Shown: in pieces, positions 46,568 to 56,614 of the stretch
How positions within the stretch are numbered: position 1 is the first letter of the stretch
Layout of the letters: every line of letters begins with the position of its first letter
DNA from: Candidatus Methanomethylophilaceae archaeon
Lineage (GTDB): Archaea; Thermoplasmatota; Thermoplasmata; Methanomassiliicoccales; Methanomethylophilaceae
Reading direction: 5' to 3'
Length of the DNA stretch: 64,000 nt
Assembly (NCBI GenBank): GCA_017461225.1
Contig: JAFTYV010000021.1
Span: 46,556-110,555 of the forward strand
The notes under the pieces: generated by a model
Database searches by the model: none
The model's input: only the letters and a program-made list of their open reading frames with translations
What the model was told of the DNA's origin: nothing
Program-made: the position numbers and the translations under genes

Positions 46568-46840
46568 TCAGAGGTACTGCCTGCGGGTGTAGAACGCGGG
46601 ACAGGAGTCGATGTCGTCGCTGTCGTACAGCATGTCCATCGACACGTTGTCTATGTACATCGCCTGTATGCGGGATATGTAGAGGAAGTTGTCCCCGACG
46701 GGGATCTTGATGTCCGATTCCTTGGGACCCTTCACGGTCGTGGGGACGAGCGCGGGTCCCATGCAGGCCGTGCATATGCGGTAGTCGCGACCCTCGGAGA
46801 CGATCAGGTTCCTCACGTCCTCGTCTATGGTAATCTCCAT
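46568..46840 (-). CDS. Small hypothetical protein with CxxC and C-terminal Cys
   Basis: MEITIDEDV...RICTACMGP...SCPAF; 90 aa. Confidence 0.7.
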   Translation of the reverse strand: MEITIDEDVRNLIVSEGRDYRICTACMGPALVPTTVKGPKESDIKIPVGDNFLYISRIQAMYIDNVSMDMLYDSDDIDSCPAFYTRRQYL

Positions 46841-46862
46841 GGGGGCGACTGTCGGTCGCCGT

Positions 46863-48746
46863 TTATAATTGTTGTCCAGGACCGGATTCGAAGAACGCAC
46901 GGACCGCTACGGGAATGTCCCTGCAGAGTATCGCGTCCATCATGGGCAGGCCGGACAGCCTGCGGTCCAGGACGACCGCCACACCGCGGTCGGTCTCGGA
47001 ACGTATCACACGACCCATCGCCTGCCTCATCCTGCGGGCGGTGGGGATGACCGTCGTGAACAGCACCCCGTCACCGAGGCGTATGTCGTAGTAGCGCTTC
47101 AACGCCCTGAGCCTGGCCGTGGGCTTGGGATAGGGTATCCCCACGATCACCGCGAGCTCCAGGCTCTTGTCGGGGAAATCCAGGCCCTCGCTGATCCTGC
47201 CCCCGGTTATGCAGAAGAGCACGCTGCCCTCCGATGAACGGAACGTGTCGAACACCTCCATCAGCTCCGACTGGGGCATCCCGCGACGCTCGTAGTACAC
47301 ATCGCGCCCGAGGGCGGACACCAGGCCGTCGTCGACCATCCTGTCCATGAACTGGTACGATGGGAAGAAGACGGCGGTGTTGACCGCCACCGAGTTCACG
47401 GTGTCGACGAGCATCCCGAACAGACGCTCGTAGTTCTCCTCCACGAACCTCTCCTCGTACTTCATGGACACCTCGTCCGTGTAGAGCCTGACCATGTTCT
47501 CCGGGGGGAAGATGCCCCCCAGCGACAGCTTCGCCGGACGGTCGATGCCCAGCTCCTCGCAGTACGCATCCAGGGGCTCCAGGGTGCCGGACATGTGGAC
47601 CGATGAGAAACAGCGGTTGATCGGATCCGAGGCTCCCCTCGGATCCATGCAGTAGGATTGGAACTTCGGGTTGTCCCCTCCCACCACCAGCCTCACGTAC
47701 ATGTCGTCGTCGCTGTCCAGCCAGAACTGTATGAACCTCGACATGGACAGGATGTAGGAGCGGGGGAGTTTGCGGCGCTGCTTCCTCCTCTCGGCGATGC
47801 CGTCGCCGATCTCCTCCATGGCCTTGCATATGCGGGACAGCGCGACAGTGGTCACACCGAGCCTGTCCATGAGCTCGTCCTGCAGCATGTAGGGCGGGAG
47901 CATCCCGTCCTCGTCTATCAGGTACTCCCTCTCCGCGAACGCCAGGACCTCCATCAGCACGGCCGCGACATCGGACACCGTTATCCCCTCGTGGACCTCG
48001 GGGTCCCCGTGCTCCCTGGCCTCCCTCTCGGTGAGTGCCATCGCCGCCCTGCTGTACTCGTAGGTCTGGACGTCGCGGAGGTAGTCCGGCAGGTTGTGGG
48101 CCTCGTCCACGACCATCACCGTGTGGTCGAGGGGGACACCGATCCACTCGATGAACCTGTCCAGGACATGGGGCATGAAGACGAACGGATACGGCACGGC
48201 TATTATGTTCGCGTGCGGGAGGGCGTACTTCACCATCTCGTAGGGGCACAGCCCCGCATCCTCGCACATGCGGGAGAACTCCTCCGGCCCCAGGTGACCG
48301 TCGTGTATGGCACGGATCCAGTCCCCTATGTCGACGGACTCGATCCTCTCGTAGAACTTGCAGTGGCATCCCCCGTCGTCCCGGCGCTTGTACTCGGAAC
48401 AGAGACGCGAGATCTCGTCCGGAGTCCCCGATGCGAGGTCCGGATCGTCCCTCATGAGGGGGCATGACGAGGCGGACCTGCCCTGGACGCCGACACACAA
48501 CGTGTCGCATCTCAGGGCGGCCGCCTCCCTGATAACCTGTTTCTGCTGTGATTTGGTGCGTGTGAGGTACAGGACCTTCATCCCGCGGTCCCTCGCGAAC
48601 TGGAGGACGCCGCACAGGGACGACACGGTCTTGCCCGTACCGGTACCCGCCTCCACTACGGCGCATCTCCCCTCGCGGACCGTCCGGTCTATGAAACCGA
48701 TCAGTTCCCGCTGACCCGCACGGGGTTCGTAGGGGAAGATGCCCAT
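46863..48746 (-). CDS. XPD/Rad3/DinG family Fe-S helicase
   Basis: AGTGTGKT, Fe-S Cys cluster, CPYE, DEAHN, SGTL, FFPSY, GRISEGLDF, QAMGRVIR. Confidence 0.93.
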   Translation of the reverse strand: MGIFPYEPRAGQRELIGFIDRTVREGRCAVVEAGTGTGKTVSSLCGVLQFARDRGMKVLYLTRTKSQQKQVIREAAALRCDTLCVGVQGRSASSCPLMRDDPDLASGTPDEISRLCSEYKRRDDGGCHCKFYERIESVDIGDWIRAIHDGHLGPEEFSRMCEDAGLCPYEMVKYALPHANIIAVPYPFVFMPHVLDRFIEWIGVPLDHTVMVVDEAHNLPDYLRDVQTYEYSRAAMALTEREAREHGDPEVHEGITVSDVAAVLMEVLAFAEREYLIDEDGMLPPYMLQDELMDRLGVTTVALSRICKAMEEIGDGIAERRKQRRKLPRSYILSMSRFIQFWLDSDDDMYVRLVVGGDNPKFQSYCMDPRGASDPINRCFSSVHMSGTLEPLDAYCEELGIDRPAKLSLGGIFPPENMVRLYTDEVSMKYEERFVEENYERLFGMLVDTVNSVAVNTAVFFPSYQFMDRMVDDGLVSALGRDVYYERRGMPQSELMEVFDTFRSSEGSVLFCITGGRISEGLDFPDKSLELAVIVGIPYPKPTARLRALKRYYDIRLGDGVLFTTVIPTARRMRQAMGRVIRSETDRGVAVVLDRRLSGLPMMDAILCRDIPVAVRAFFESGPGQQL

Positions 48747-48750
48747 CGGG

Positions 48751-49143
48751 TCAGGCGGCGTCGCCGCCCCTGCGCCAGATGTCGTCGGGGAGATCGGCGT
48801 AGATGGATTCCTCCTGGAAATCGTCGCCGGAGTCTGATTTGACGTCCGCCATCAGGGCCTCTATGCGGTCCCTCTTGAACAGCCAGTAGTGGATCCTCCA
48901 CTCCCTCCCGTCGTAGAGGGTGGTCTCCTCCCTCTCGGTGGTCAGGATTCCAGCGTCCTCCAGCATGTAGAACGCATCGCGGTCCTCGGGCTCCAGGATG
49001 TTGTCGATTATCCTGTCGGAGTACCCGAAGAAGTTCAGCACGTGGTGGGCGAGCTCGTAGGCCTGCTCCTCCACCATGCCGCGGGAGTTGTCGATGCTGT
49101 TCTTGATGGCCTGGGTCAGGTCGTCGACGGTGACGATTCCCAT
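48751..49143 (-). CDS. Conserved hypothetical protein (DUF6015-like)
   Basis: LNFFGYSDRIIDNILEPEDRDAFYMLED...GREWRIHYW. Confidence 0.7.
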   Translation of the reverse strand: MGIVTVDDLTQAIKNSIDNSRGMVEEQAYELAHHVLNFFGYSDRIIDNILEPEDRDAFYMLEDAGILTTEREETTLYDGREWRIHYWLFKRDRIEALMADVKSDSGDDFQEESIYADLPDDIWRRGGDAA

Positions 49144-49147
49144 CGTA

Positions 49148-50728
49148 TCACTCCACGACATCGAGGAACCTTATGTCCTCTGTGCCGACTGCCTCGGCGA
49201 TCTCGGAGACGACGTCCTCGGACACGTTGTGGTCCAGTGTCAGGACCATGGATGCACGGTCGCCGGACCTTCCGACGGACATCTGCGCGATGTTGATGCC
49301 CCTGTTGCCGAGGGCGTTACCGACGATTCCGATGACTCCGGGGGTGTCGGCGTACTGCAGGTACATCATGTCCCCGCTGAGGGGGATGTCGAAGGCGAAC
49401 TCGTCGACACCGACGAGCCTGGGCTGACCGCCGATGACGGTCCCCCTGAGTGCACGGACCCTGCCCTGGGAGGTGAACCTCAGCTCCACGATGCTCGCGT
49501 AGTCCTTCGCGGTGTCGTTGCTGGTCTCGGAGATCTCGATTCCCTTGGACTTCGCGACGGGGAGCGCGTTGATGATGTTGGCCTCACCGAGGATGTTCTT
49601 GAGGTACCCGATGACGGCGCTGACCGTCAGGAGCTTGGTCTGCTTGCCGGCGAGACCGCCGCAGTACGACACCTCGAGCTTGTCGAGGGGGTGGTTGCCG
49701 ACCATCTGCTGGACGATCCTCCCCATCCTCTCCATGAGGGGGAGGTAGGGCTCGGTCTCGGCATCGAGGGTTCCACGGGGGGCGTTGATGGCGTTGGAGA
49801 CGACGTTGTCCCTGAGGTACATGACCGCGTGCTCGGCGATCTCCACCGCGACCCTCTCCTGGGCCTCGACGGTGGACGCACCGAGATGGGGCGTGGTCAC
49901 GAGGTTCTCCAGCTCGAGGAGCTTCCTCTCCTCCTCGGCGAGGGGCTCGTTGCACCAGACGTCGAACGCTGCACCTGCGATGATGCCCTCCTTGAGGGCC
50001 GTGTAGAGGTCGTCCTCGTTGACGATGCCGCCGCGTGCGACGTTGGCGATCCTCGCGTTGGGCTTCATCATCTTGAACTGGGGGAGGGAGATCATGTTCC
50101 TGGTCTCGGGGAGCAGGGGGGTGTGGATCGTCATGAAGTCGGCGGTGGTGATGACCTCCTCGAGGGTGGTGAGCCTGACCCCGAGGGCGTCAGCGACGTC
50201 CTTGGGGAGGAAGGGATCGTAACCGACCATGGTCATGTTGAAGGCCTTCATGCGCTTGGCGACCTCCCCTCCGACACGTCCGACACCGATGATACCCAGG
50301 ACCTTGCCGTTGAGCTCCACTCCGGTGTACTTGGACCTCTTCCACTCGCCCCTGTGCATGGACTCGTGGGCGAAGGGGATGTTCCTGGCGAGTGCGAGCA
50401 GCATAGCACAGGAGTGCTCCGCCGCGGACAGGATGTTCGCGGAGGGGGTGTTCATGATCAGGATGCCCTTGTCGGTCGCATAGGGGATGTCCACGTTGTC
50501 CACACCGACACCGGCACGGCCGATGACGCGGAGCTTGGTGGCGGCATCGATGACCTTGCGGGTCACCTTGGTACCGGACCTGATGATGAGGCATTCGTAG
50601 TCTCCGATGATCCCACAGAGCTCGTCCTCCGTGAGTCCGGGTTTCACGTCCACGGGGAACCCGGATTTGTTGAGAATCTCGAGACCCTCATCGGAAAGGG
50701 GGTCCGAGACCAGAATCTTCGTTGTCAT
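49148..50728 (-). CDS. serA: D-3-phosphoglycerate dehydrogenase
   Basis: RAGVGVDNVD, GVGRVG, HTPL, ARGG, TPHLGAST..AQ, ASB and ACT domains. Confidence 0.96.
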   Translation of the reverse strand: MTTKILVSDPLSDEGLEILNKSGFPVDVKPGLTEDELCGIIGDYECLIIRSGTKVTRKVIDAATKLRVIGRAGVGVDNVDIPYATDKGILIMNTPSANILSAAEHSCAMLLALARNIPFAHESMHRGEWKRSKYTGVELNGKVLGIIGVGRVGGEVAKRMKAFNMTMVGYDPFLPKDVADALGVRLTTLEEVITTADFMTIHTPLLPETRNMISLPQFKMMKPNARIANVARGGIVNEDDLYTALKEGIIAGAAFDVWCNEPLAEEERKLLELENLVTTPHLGASTVEAQERVAVEIAEHAVMYLRDNVVSNAINAPRGTLDAETEPYLPLMERMGRIVQQMVGNHPLDKLEVSYCGGLAGKQTKLLTVSAVIGYLKNILGEANIINALPVAKSKGIEISETSNDTAKDYASIVELRFTSQGRVRALRGTVIGGQPRLVGVDEFAFDIPLSGDMMYLQYADTPGVIGIVGNALGNRGINIAQMSVGRSGDRASMVLTLDHNVSEDVVSEIAEAVGTEDIRFLDVVE

Positions 50729-50730
50729 TT

Positions 50731-51795
50731 TCACTCCTCCAATACGGAATCCATCACGGACAGGAGCTCCCTGATGCCATCGGGGGTTGCATCTCCCATG
50801 TGACCGATCCTGAAAGTCTTCTCTTTGACGTCGCCGTATCCGTTGGACACCTCGTATCCCTTGGATTTCAGCTTGGAATGGAAGGAATCGAAGTCCAGGG
50901 GACCGCGGTTCAGCACCCCGATGGAGTTCGACATGTGACCCTCCTCGGGGAACATGCCGGCCAGCTTCCTGTCCGCCCAGTTCCTGACGAGGTCCGCCAT
51001 CTCCTGGTGCCTCCTGTACCTGGTCTGCATGCCCTCCTCCAGCATGCGGTCCAGCTGGTAGTCGAGGCCGTACATGAGGGAGACGGGTGGCGTGGTGAGC
51101 GCGTAGTTGTCGTCGCTCTGCTTCTTGATCTTGAGCAGGTCCATGTAGAACCCTCTGTTGGGCACCTGTTTGGCCTTCTCGAGGAGCCTCTCCGAACAGA
51201 GCATGACCGCGAGTCCCGGGGGGAGGGACAGTGCCTTCTGCGTACCGAAGACGATGGAGTCCGCGTCCATGTCCTTCACCCTGATGTCCATCGCGAACGC
51301 CGACGTGACGGCGTCGACCATGGTGAGCGCATCGGGGTTCTGCTCCCTGACGGCCTTCGCCACCGCGACGGAGTCGCTGAACACGCCCGTGGAGGATTCG
51401 TTGCTTACCCAGTGGACGGCCTCTGTGTCACCGGTGACCCTGCCCTCGATGTGCTCGGGACGGATCGCCTTCCCCCAGGGGACCTGGACCTTCTCGACCT
51501 CCTTACCGTTGAGGGTGCCGAGCTCGATGGACCTGTTCCCGAAGGAACCGCTGGTGATCCCGAGCGACTTGGATGCGACCCCGTTCCTGATGGCGGCCTC
51601 CAGGAGGACCGTCGCGGAACCACCGACGAGGAACACGTCCATGTCCGTGTTCAGAGCCTTCCTGATCTTCTCCACGATGCCCGCGTGGAGCTCCTTGTAC
51701 TCCTTGCACCTGTGCGTGATCATCGGTCTGGTCATGGCCCGGAGCGTGTCCTCCTCGACATGCACGGGGCCCACTGTGAAAAGCTTCCTCGTCAA
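50731..51795 (-). CDS. Class V aminotransferase (probable phosphoserine aminotransferase role)
   Basis: LFTVGPV, NESSTG, VDAVTS, GTQKALSLPPG (PLP Lys), TPPV, FRIGHMG. TTG start. Confidence 0.88.
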   Translation of the reverse strand: MTRKLFTVGPVHVEEDTLRAMTRPMITHRCKEYKELHAGIVEKIRKALNTDMDVFLVGGSATVLLEAAIRNGVASKSLGITSGSFGNRSIELGTLNGKEVEKVQVPWGKAIRPEHIEGRVTGDTEAVHWVSNESSTGVFSDSVAVAKAVREQNPDALTMVDAVTSAFAMDIRVKDMDADSIVFGTQKALSLPPGLAVMLCSERLLEKAKQVPNRGFYMDLLKIKKQSDDNYALTTPPVSLMYGLDYQLDRMLEEGMQTRYRRHQEMADLVRNWADRKLAGMFPEEGHMSNSIGVLNRGPLDFDSFHSKLKSKGYEVSNGYGDVKEKTFRIGHMGDATPDGIRELLSVMDSVLEE

Positions 51796-51896
51796 GATAA
51801 TCCCTCTGGGCACTCGGCCCACTCGACGGGTTATCTCCGAGGTCGTATAAAATGATTAGACGCGGGCGCGGGCGCACGCGTCTAAGGGGGTTACTG

Positions 51897-51916
51897 GAGG
51901 GCGGCGCACCGCCCTC
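51897..51916 (-). terminator. GC hairpin overlapping the stop of the class I aminotransferase gene
   Basis: GAGGGCGG-CGCA-CCGCCCTC; second inverted repeat TTAGACGCG/CGCGTCTAA at 51856-51885. Confidence 0.5.
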
Positions 51917-53069
51917 AGAGCTGTCCCATGACCTTCTTGATCCTGGATATTCCCTCCACGATCATGTCCTCGGAGGTCGCATAGGACACCCTGAAGAACC
52001 CTTCGCCACCGGGACCGAACGCGGTTCCGGGGGTCACGGCGACGTGACCCTCCCTCAGGAGGACCTCGGCGAGCTTGGCTGACGGGATGTCCCTGTTGTA
52101 CTTGGGGAAGATGTAGAACGCGCCCTGGGGGATGTTGCACTCGAAGCCGGGGATCTCGGAGATGAGGTCCATCGCGAGGTCGCGGCGCTTCCTGAACTCG
52201 CGGACCATGGCGTCACGGGCATCCTGGGGACCGGTTATGGCCTCCACGGTGGCGTCCTGGACGAAGGACACGGCGCAGGAGATGGAATGGGACTGGAGCT
52301 TGTTGATGGCCTTGATGTCCTCCTCGGGGGCGATGGCCCATCCGAGCCTCCAACCGGTCATCGCATGGCTCTTGGACACACCGGAGACGATTATCGTGTT
52401 GTCGAACATGCCCGGGAAGGACGCGATGGACGTGTGCCTCCCCTCGTAGATGATGCTCTCGTAGATCTCGTCGGACATGACCTTGATGCCCCTGGACATC
52501 GCTATGTCCGCGATCTGCCTGAGGACATCGGACGGGATGACCGCGCCGGTGGGGTTGGAGGGCGTGTTCAGGATGATCATCTTGGTCCTGGGGGTTATGG
52601 CGGCCTCCACGAGGGCGGGGTCGAGGACGAAGTTGTCCTCGAACCTGGTGGGCACGTACACCGGTACACCGCCGGCGAGGCGTATGCACGCCTCGTACGA
52701 CACCCACGAGGGGTCGGCGAGGATGACCTCGTCCCCGGGGTCGATGTACGCCAGTGCGATCATGAATATTGCCTGCTTGCAGGGCGTGATGAGGACGTTG
52801 GATGCATCGCAGGGCACGCCGTTCCTGTCGCGGGTGGTCTCCGCCACCGCCCTCCTGAGGGCGGGGATCCCAAGGGACGGCGTGTAGTGGGTGTTCCCCG
52901 AACGCAGGGACTCGCACGCCGCGTCGATGACGTTGCCGGGCGTGGTGAAATCGGGTTCGCCCATGGAGAAGGACACGACGTCCACCCCCTCGGACTTCAT
53001 CTGGCTTACAAGGTTGGAAATCGCTATAGTACCCGATGCGGGAATCGCCTGCAGTCTCTTTGACACCAT
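51915..53069 (-). CDS. aspC: Class I aspartate aminotransferase
   Basis: GEPDF, HYT, NTPSNPTG, SDEIY, SGVSKSHAMTGWRLG. Confidence 0.88.
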   Translation of the reverse strand: MVSKRLQAIPASGTIAISNLVSQMKSEGVDVVSFSMGEPDFTTPGNVIDAACESLRSGNTHYTPSLGIPALRRAVAETTRDRNGVPCDASNVLITPCKQAIFMIALAYIDPGDEVILADPSWVSYEACIRLAGGVPVYVPTRFEDNFVLDPALVEAAITPRTKMIILNTPSNPTGAVIPSDVLRQIADIAMSRGIKVMSDEIYESIIYEGRHTSIASFPGMFDNTIIVSGVSKSHAMTGWRLGWAIAPEEDIKAINKLQSHSISCAVSFVQDATVEAITGPQDARDAMVREFRKRRDLAMDLISEIPGFECNIPQGAFYIFPKYNRDIPSAKLAEVLLREGHVAVTPGTAFGPGGEGFFRVSYATSEDMIVEGISRIKKVMGQL

Positions 53070-53132
53070 TCGGATGCGCCTCTTCGGGCGCACACGTGTG
53101 TGGAGATAAAAAAGGATTACGGGGGAGGGGGC

Positions 53133-54206
53133 TCAGGACATGATGTCCTTGAGGTGACCCGCCTCCGCCGCCTCCCTGATCTCCATCGCCAGGCGGGCGC
53201 CCGTGCTGAGACCGGGGTATATGAGATCCGCGTACGGGGAACCGGAGATGAACGGGTTGGTCCCCGCGACGATGCGCGTGGAGATCTCGAAGACCTTGAA
53301 CTGCAACCTGTCGTTGACGACGGTCTCGAGGCAGAACGGCCCCCACATGCCGCCGAACAGCTCGTACGACTTGTTGACGACCTTCTCCGCCATCTCGAAC
53401 GCCCTCGGCAGGAGTGACTCGCGGATGACCACGGGGGTGTTGCCGGTGACGACGAACGAGGGGTAGATGCCGTGCCTCTTGGACTCCTCGATGGACCCCA
53501 TCTTGTACATCTCGTCGATGTTGCTCTCATCCCTGCGGTCTATGGAGAGGAGCTCGAGGGACCCGCCCTGCTCGCACCTGTAGCCGTCGGTCTTGAGGGG
53601 GTCGTAGAAGAAGTGCATGTAGTACCTGGTTCCGAGGCAGTACTCCTGGATCGTGTAGGGCTGGGTCTGGTCGACGGCCATCTTGAAGCTGGGGTAGTCC
53701 ATGGCGATGAAGTAGCCCCTTCCGCCCTTGGCCCCGTGGTACTTGACCATGACGGGTTCGTCGATCTCCCTGGCATCGGTGATGAGCCTGGGCATGGGGA
53801 CGCCCGCGGACGTGATCCACTGCCTCTGCTTGTCCCTGTCTGATTCCCAGTTGAGCACCGCGCGGTTGCCGTACGAGGGGACCTCGTAGTCGGAGAAGCG
53901 GCGGGAACCCATGTACTCCACGAACGACCCGTGGGGGATGAGGATGGTGTTCTTGTCGTGGAGCTCCCCGATGCGCTCCTCCATCTCGTCGAAGTCCTGG
54001 TACTTGATGATCTCGTCGGGCTTCGCGAGGGGGAACGCGTCGTAGTACTTCGTGCTGTGGGATATGGTCAACCCGAGAGTCTTGAACCCCATCTTCCTCG
54101 CACCGTGGAAAATCTGGAGCGACGAATGGGAACAGAGGGTGGCTATCGTCAAATCCTCGAGATCGTAGCCATCGAGGATTTCATCAATTCTGCTCTTGGG
54201 AACCAT
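53133..54206 (-). CDS. purP: Formate-dependent AICAR formyltransferase (ATP-grasp)
   Basis: ATLCSHSSLQI, PHGSFVEY, GAKGGRGY, VVTGN, GPFCLE, FEISTRIVAGTN. Confidence 0.92.
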   Translation of the reverse strand: MVPKSRIDEILDGYDLEDLTIATLCSHSSLQIFHGARKMGFKTLGLTISHSTKYYDAFPLAKPDEIIKYQDFDEMEERIGELHDKNTILIPHGSFVEYMGSRRFSDYEVPSYGNRAVLNWESDRDKQRQWITSAGVPMPRLITDAREIDEPVMVKYHGAKGGRGYFIAMDYPSFKMAVDQTQPYTIQEYCLGTRYYMHFFYDPLKTDGYRCEQGGSLELLSIDRRDESNIDEMYKMGSIEESKRHGIYPSFVVTGNTPVVIRESLLPRAFEMAEKVVNKSYELFGGMWGPFCLETVVNDRLQFKVFEISTRIVAGTNPFISGSPYADLIYPGLSTGARLAMEIREAAEAGHLKDIMS

Positions 54207-54299
54207 ATAGATGGATTGCGTTTGTGATTATAAACCTTGGTGCCATCTGGACAACGTTTCCAGCCCGTGTCGCACTTTCGGTGACCCCCGAGTGCCCAG

Positions 54300-54307
54300 T
54301 TATATAG
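54300..54307 (+). promoter_or_regulatory. Probable TATA box of the rpa operon
   Basis: TTATATAG about 52 nt upstream of ATG 54359. Confidence 0.5.
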
Positions 54308-54358
54308 GTGCCACACCAATCGCCCGTCGTCTTCTACGGGAGGTCGATTAGAGTGGAA

Positions 54359-55675
54359 ATGTCAGAACTAACACCCCATATCGAGGAAATGAAAAGGGTG
54401 CTCGGAAACAAGATCGACGAGGAGCAGCTGATCACGGAGGTCAACAGGTACCTCAACGACTACCATGTCGGGATCGATGCGGCGAAGAGGGGGATCATCA
54501 GGAAGTACGGCGGAGCGGACAGCAGCTCCTTCGTGACCGCCTCCAGCGTCGTGAAGAAGATCGGCGAACTGACCGGATCCGAACAGAACGTGGACATCGT
54601 GGCGAAGATAGTCTACGTCGAGAACAAGGACATAACCGTGAAGGGACTCAGCAAGACCATCATATCGGGTATCCTCGGAGACGAGACCGGGACGGCCTCG
54701 TTCACCATATGGGAGCCCGGGGTGACCGTCCTGGACAAGGGCTCGGTGTACAACTTCAGGAACTGCTACTGCAAACTGTGGAACGAGAAGGTCCAGATCA
54801 ACCTGGGCAACCGCGGACGCGTCGAGGCCGCCGCCGGTGTGACCATGGACCTCCCGGAACGCAGCATATCCATGTCCAGCTCGGAGTGCAAGATCGGCAG
54901 CATCAAGGAGGGCATGGGCAACGTCACCGTCACCGGACGCATCATGTCCACGGAGGCCCGCAACGTCATGGTCAGAGGCGAACCCAAGACCGTGTACTCG
55001 GGGATCATAGCCGACGACACGGGCAAGATACAGTACTCCGCATGGAACGACTTCTCCCTGAAGGAGGGCGAGACCCTCTGCATCAAGAACGCGTACATCC
55101 GCGCCTGGAAGGGGATCCCCCAGCTGAACATGGGCGACCGCTGCGAGGTCAGCCGCGTCGACTCCGTGTTCGAGGTCGTGAACGCCGACAGCAGCAGGAA
55201 GACCGTGGACGAGATCACCAGGATCGGGGGCGGACTCGACATCTGCGTGGAGGGCCTCATCGTCGACATGAAGGCCGGAAGCGGACTGATCAAGAGGTGC
55301 CCCCACTGCAACCGCTCCATACTCAACGGCGTGTGCACCGCCCACGGACAGGTCGAGGGCACACCGGACCTCAGGCTCAAGGTGGTCATAGACGACGGAA
55401 CCGGCGCACTGGGTGCGATCATCAACCGTGCGGACACCGAGGCCCTCACCGGAGTCACCATGAAGGCCGCGGAGGGACTCGCCATGGCCCAGGGCGAGGG
55501 CGTGGTCGCGAGGGAGATGGCATCGAAGGTCCTCATGAAGAGGGTCAGGGTCACCGGCAACGTCATGAGCGACAACTTCGGACCCAGCATGATCGTGAAG
55601 GGTGCGTCCCGCGTGGAGGTGGACGTCGAATCCGAGGCTGCGAAGCTCCTCGACGAGGTGGAGGCGTCCATATGA
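54359..55675 (+). CDS. rpa: Replication protein A large subunit (3 OB folds plus Zn finger)
   Basis: GDETG, ADDTG and DDGTG OB motifs; CPHC...CTAH. Confidence 0.92.
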   Translation: MSELTPHIEEMKRVLGNKIDEEQLITEVNRYLNDYHVGIDAAKRGIIRKYGGADSSSFVTASSVVKKIGELTGSEQNVDIVAKIVYVENKDITVKGLSKTIISGILGDETGTASFTIWEPGVTVLDKGSVYNFRNCYCKLWNEKVQINLGNRGRVEAAAGVTMDLPERSISMSSSECKIGSIKEGMGNVTVTGRIMSTEARNVMVRGEPKTVYSGIIADDTGKIQYSAWNDFSLKEGETLCIKNAYIRAWKGIPQLNMGDRCEVSRVDSVFEVVNADSSRKTVDEITRIGGGLDICVEGLIVDMKAGSGLIKRCPHCNRSILNGVCTAHGQVEGTPDLRLKVVIDDGTGALGAIINRADTEALTGVTMKAAEGLAMAQGEGVVAREMASKVLMKRVRVTGNVMSDNFGPSMIVKGASRVEVDVESEAAKLLDEVEASI

Positions 55676-56580
55676 ACCCCAGGGAGACCGCATGGAGGGT
55701 CTTCGCGACGGAGCTCAACAGCTCCTCGCTCGAGATAAAGGCGACCGAGGAGAAGAGCCCGTCGTACGTCGTCACCCCGCTGGGTGCGAAGGTGAACAGG
55801 GTCCTCATCGCCGGTGTGATGACCGAGAAGGAGAACATCGGGGGCGATGACGAGCCGATGTGGAAGGCGAGGATCCAGGACGTCACCGGGAGCTTCTACG
55901 TCAACGTGGGCAGGTACCAGCCCGAGGCGTCCGCCGCGATGGCCGACATCGAGATCCCCTGCTTCGTCGCCGCCGTGGGCAGGGTCAGGACCTACACCAC
56001 CGACGACCAGAGGGTGTTCGTGTCCGTCCGTCCGGAGCACATCGTCAAGGTCGACGAGACCGTCCGCAACGAGTGGATCCTGGAGACCGCCAAGAGCACC
56101 TGGAGGAGGCTGAAGAACGCGAAGACCGTCCTCGGCATGCCCGATGCGGTCGAGGCCGACCTCCTGGCGATGGGTATGACCCAGGCCGAGGCCAACGGAC
56201 TGCTCTACGCGCTGGACAACTACGGTCAGATGCCCGACTCGGCACTGTACCTCAAGACGATCCAGAGCGCCCTCAGGATGCTCATGCCTGAACGCGACAT
56301 CGACCTGGGATTCCCCGAGGACCTGTCCGACGAACCTGACGAGATCGACCTGGAACCCGGCACCAACGGCGGACCGGCCAACTACGGTCAGATGGAGGAT
56401 GTGATCCTGAACATGCTCGAGGAGCTCGACACGGACGGCAAGGGTGCCCCCAGGGACGAGCTGGAGAGACGTGCCGAGGCAGAGGGCATAAGCAGTATCG
56501 AACTCGAGGAGATCTCCAACATCCTGATGGACAAGGGACTCGTCTACGAGCCGAACCTGAGATACCTGAAGCGTATCTGA
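55672..56580 (+). CDS. RPA-associated / RPA32-like protein (OB plus winged helix)
   Basis: RETAWRVFATE, VNRVLIAGV, DVTG; C-terminal LMDKGLVYEP; ATGA-coupled to rpa. Confidence 0.85.
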   Translation: MNPRETAWRVFATELNSSSLEIKATEEKSPSYVVTPLGAKVNRVLIAGVMTEKENIGGDDEPMWKARIQDVTGSFYVNVGRYQPEASAAMADIEIPCFVAAVGRVRTYTTDDQRVFVSVRPEHIVKVDETVRNEWILETAKSTWRRLKNAKTVLGMPDAVEADLLAMGMTQAEANGLLYALDNYGQMPDSALYLKTIQSALRMLMPERDIDLGFPEDLSDEPDEIDLEPGTNGGPANYGQMEDVILNMLEELDTDGKGAPRDELERRAEAEGISSIELEEISNILMDKGLVYEPNLRYLKRI

Positions 56581-56593
56581 GCAAAGGTAAACG

Positions 56594-56612
56594 GAGGGGG
56601 TCCGGCCCCCTC
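56594..56612. terminator. GC hairpin between convergent genes
   Basis: GAGGGGG-TCCGG-CCCCCTC; minus-strand tail GTTTACCTTT. Confidence 0.55.
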
Positions 56613-56614
56613 AT

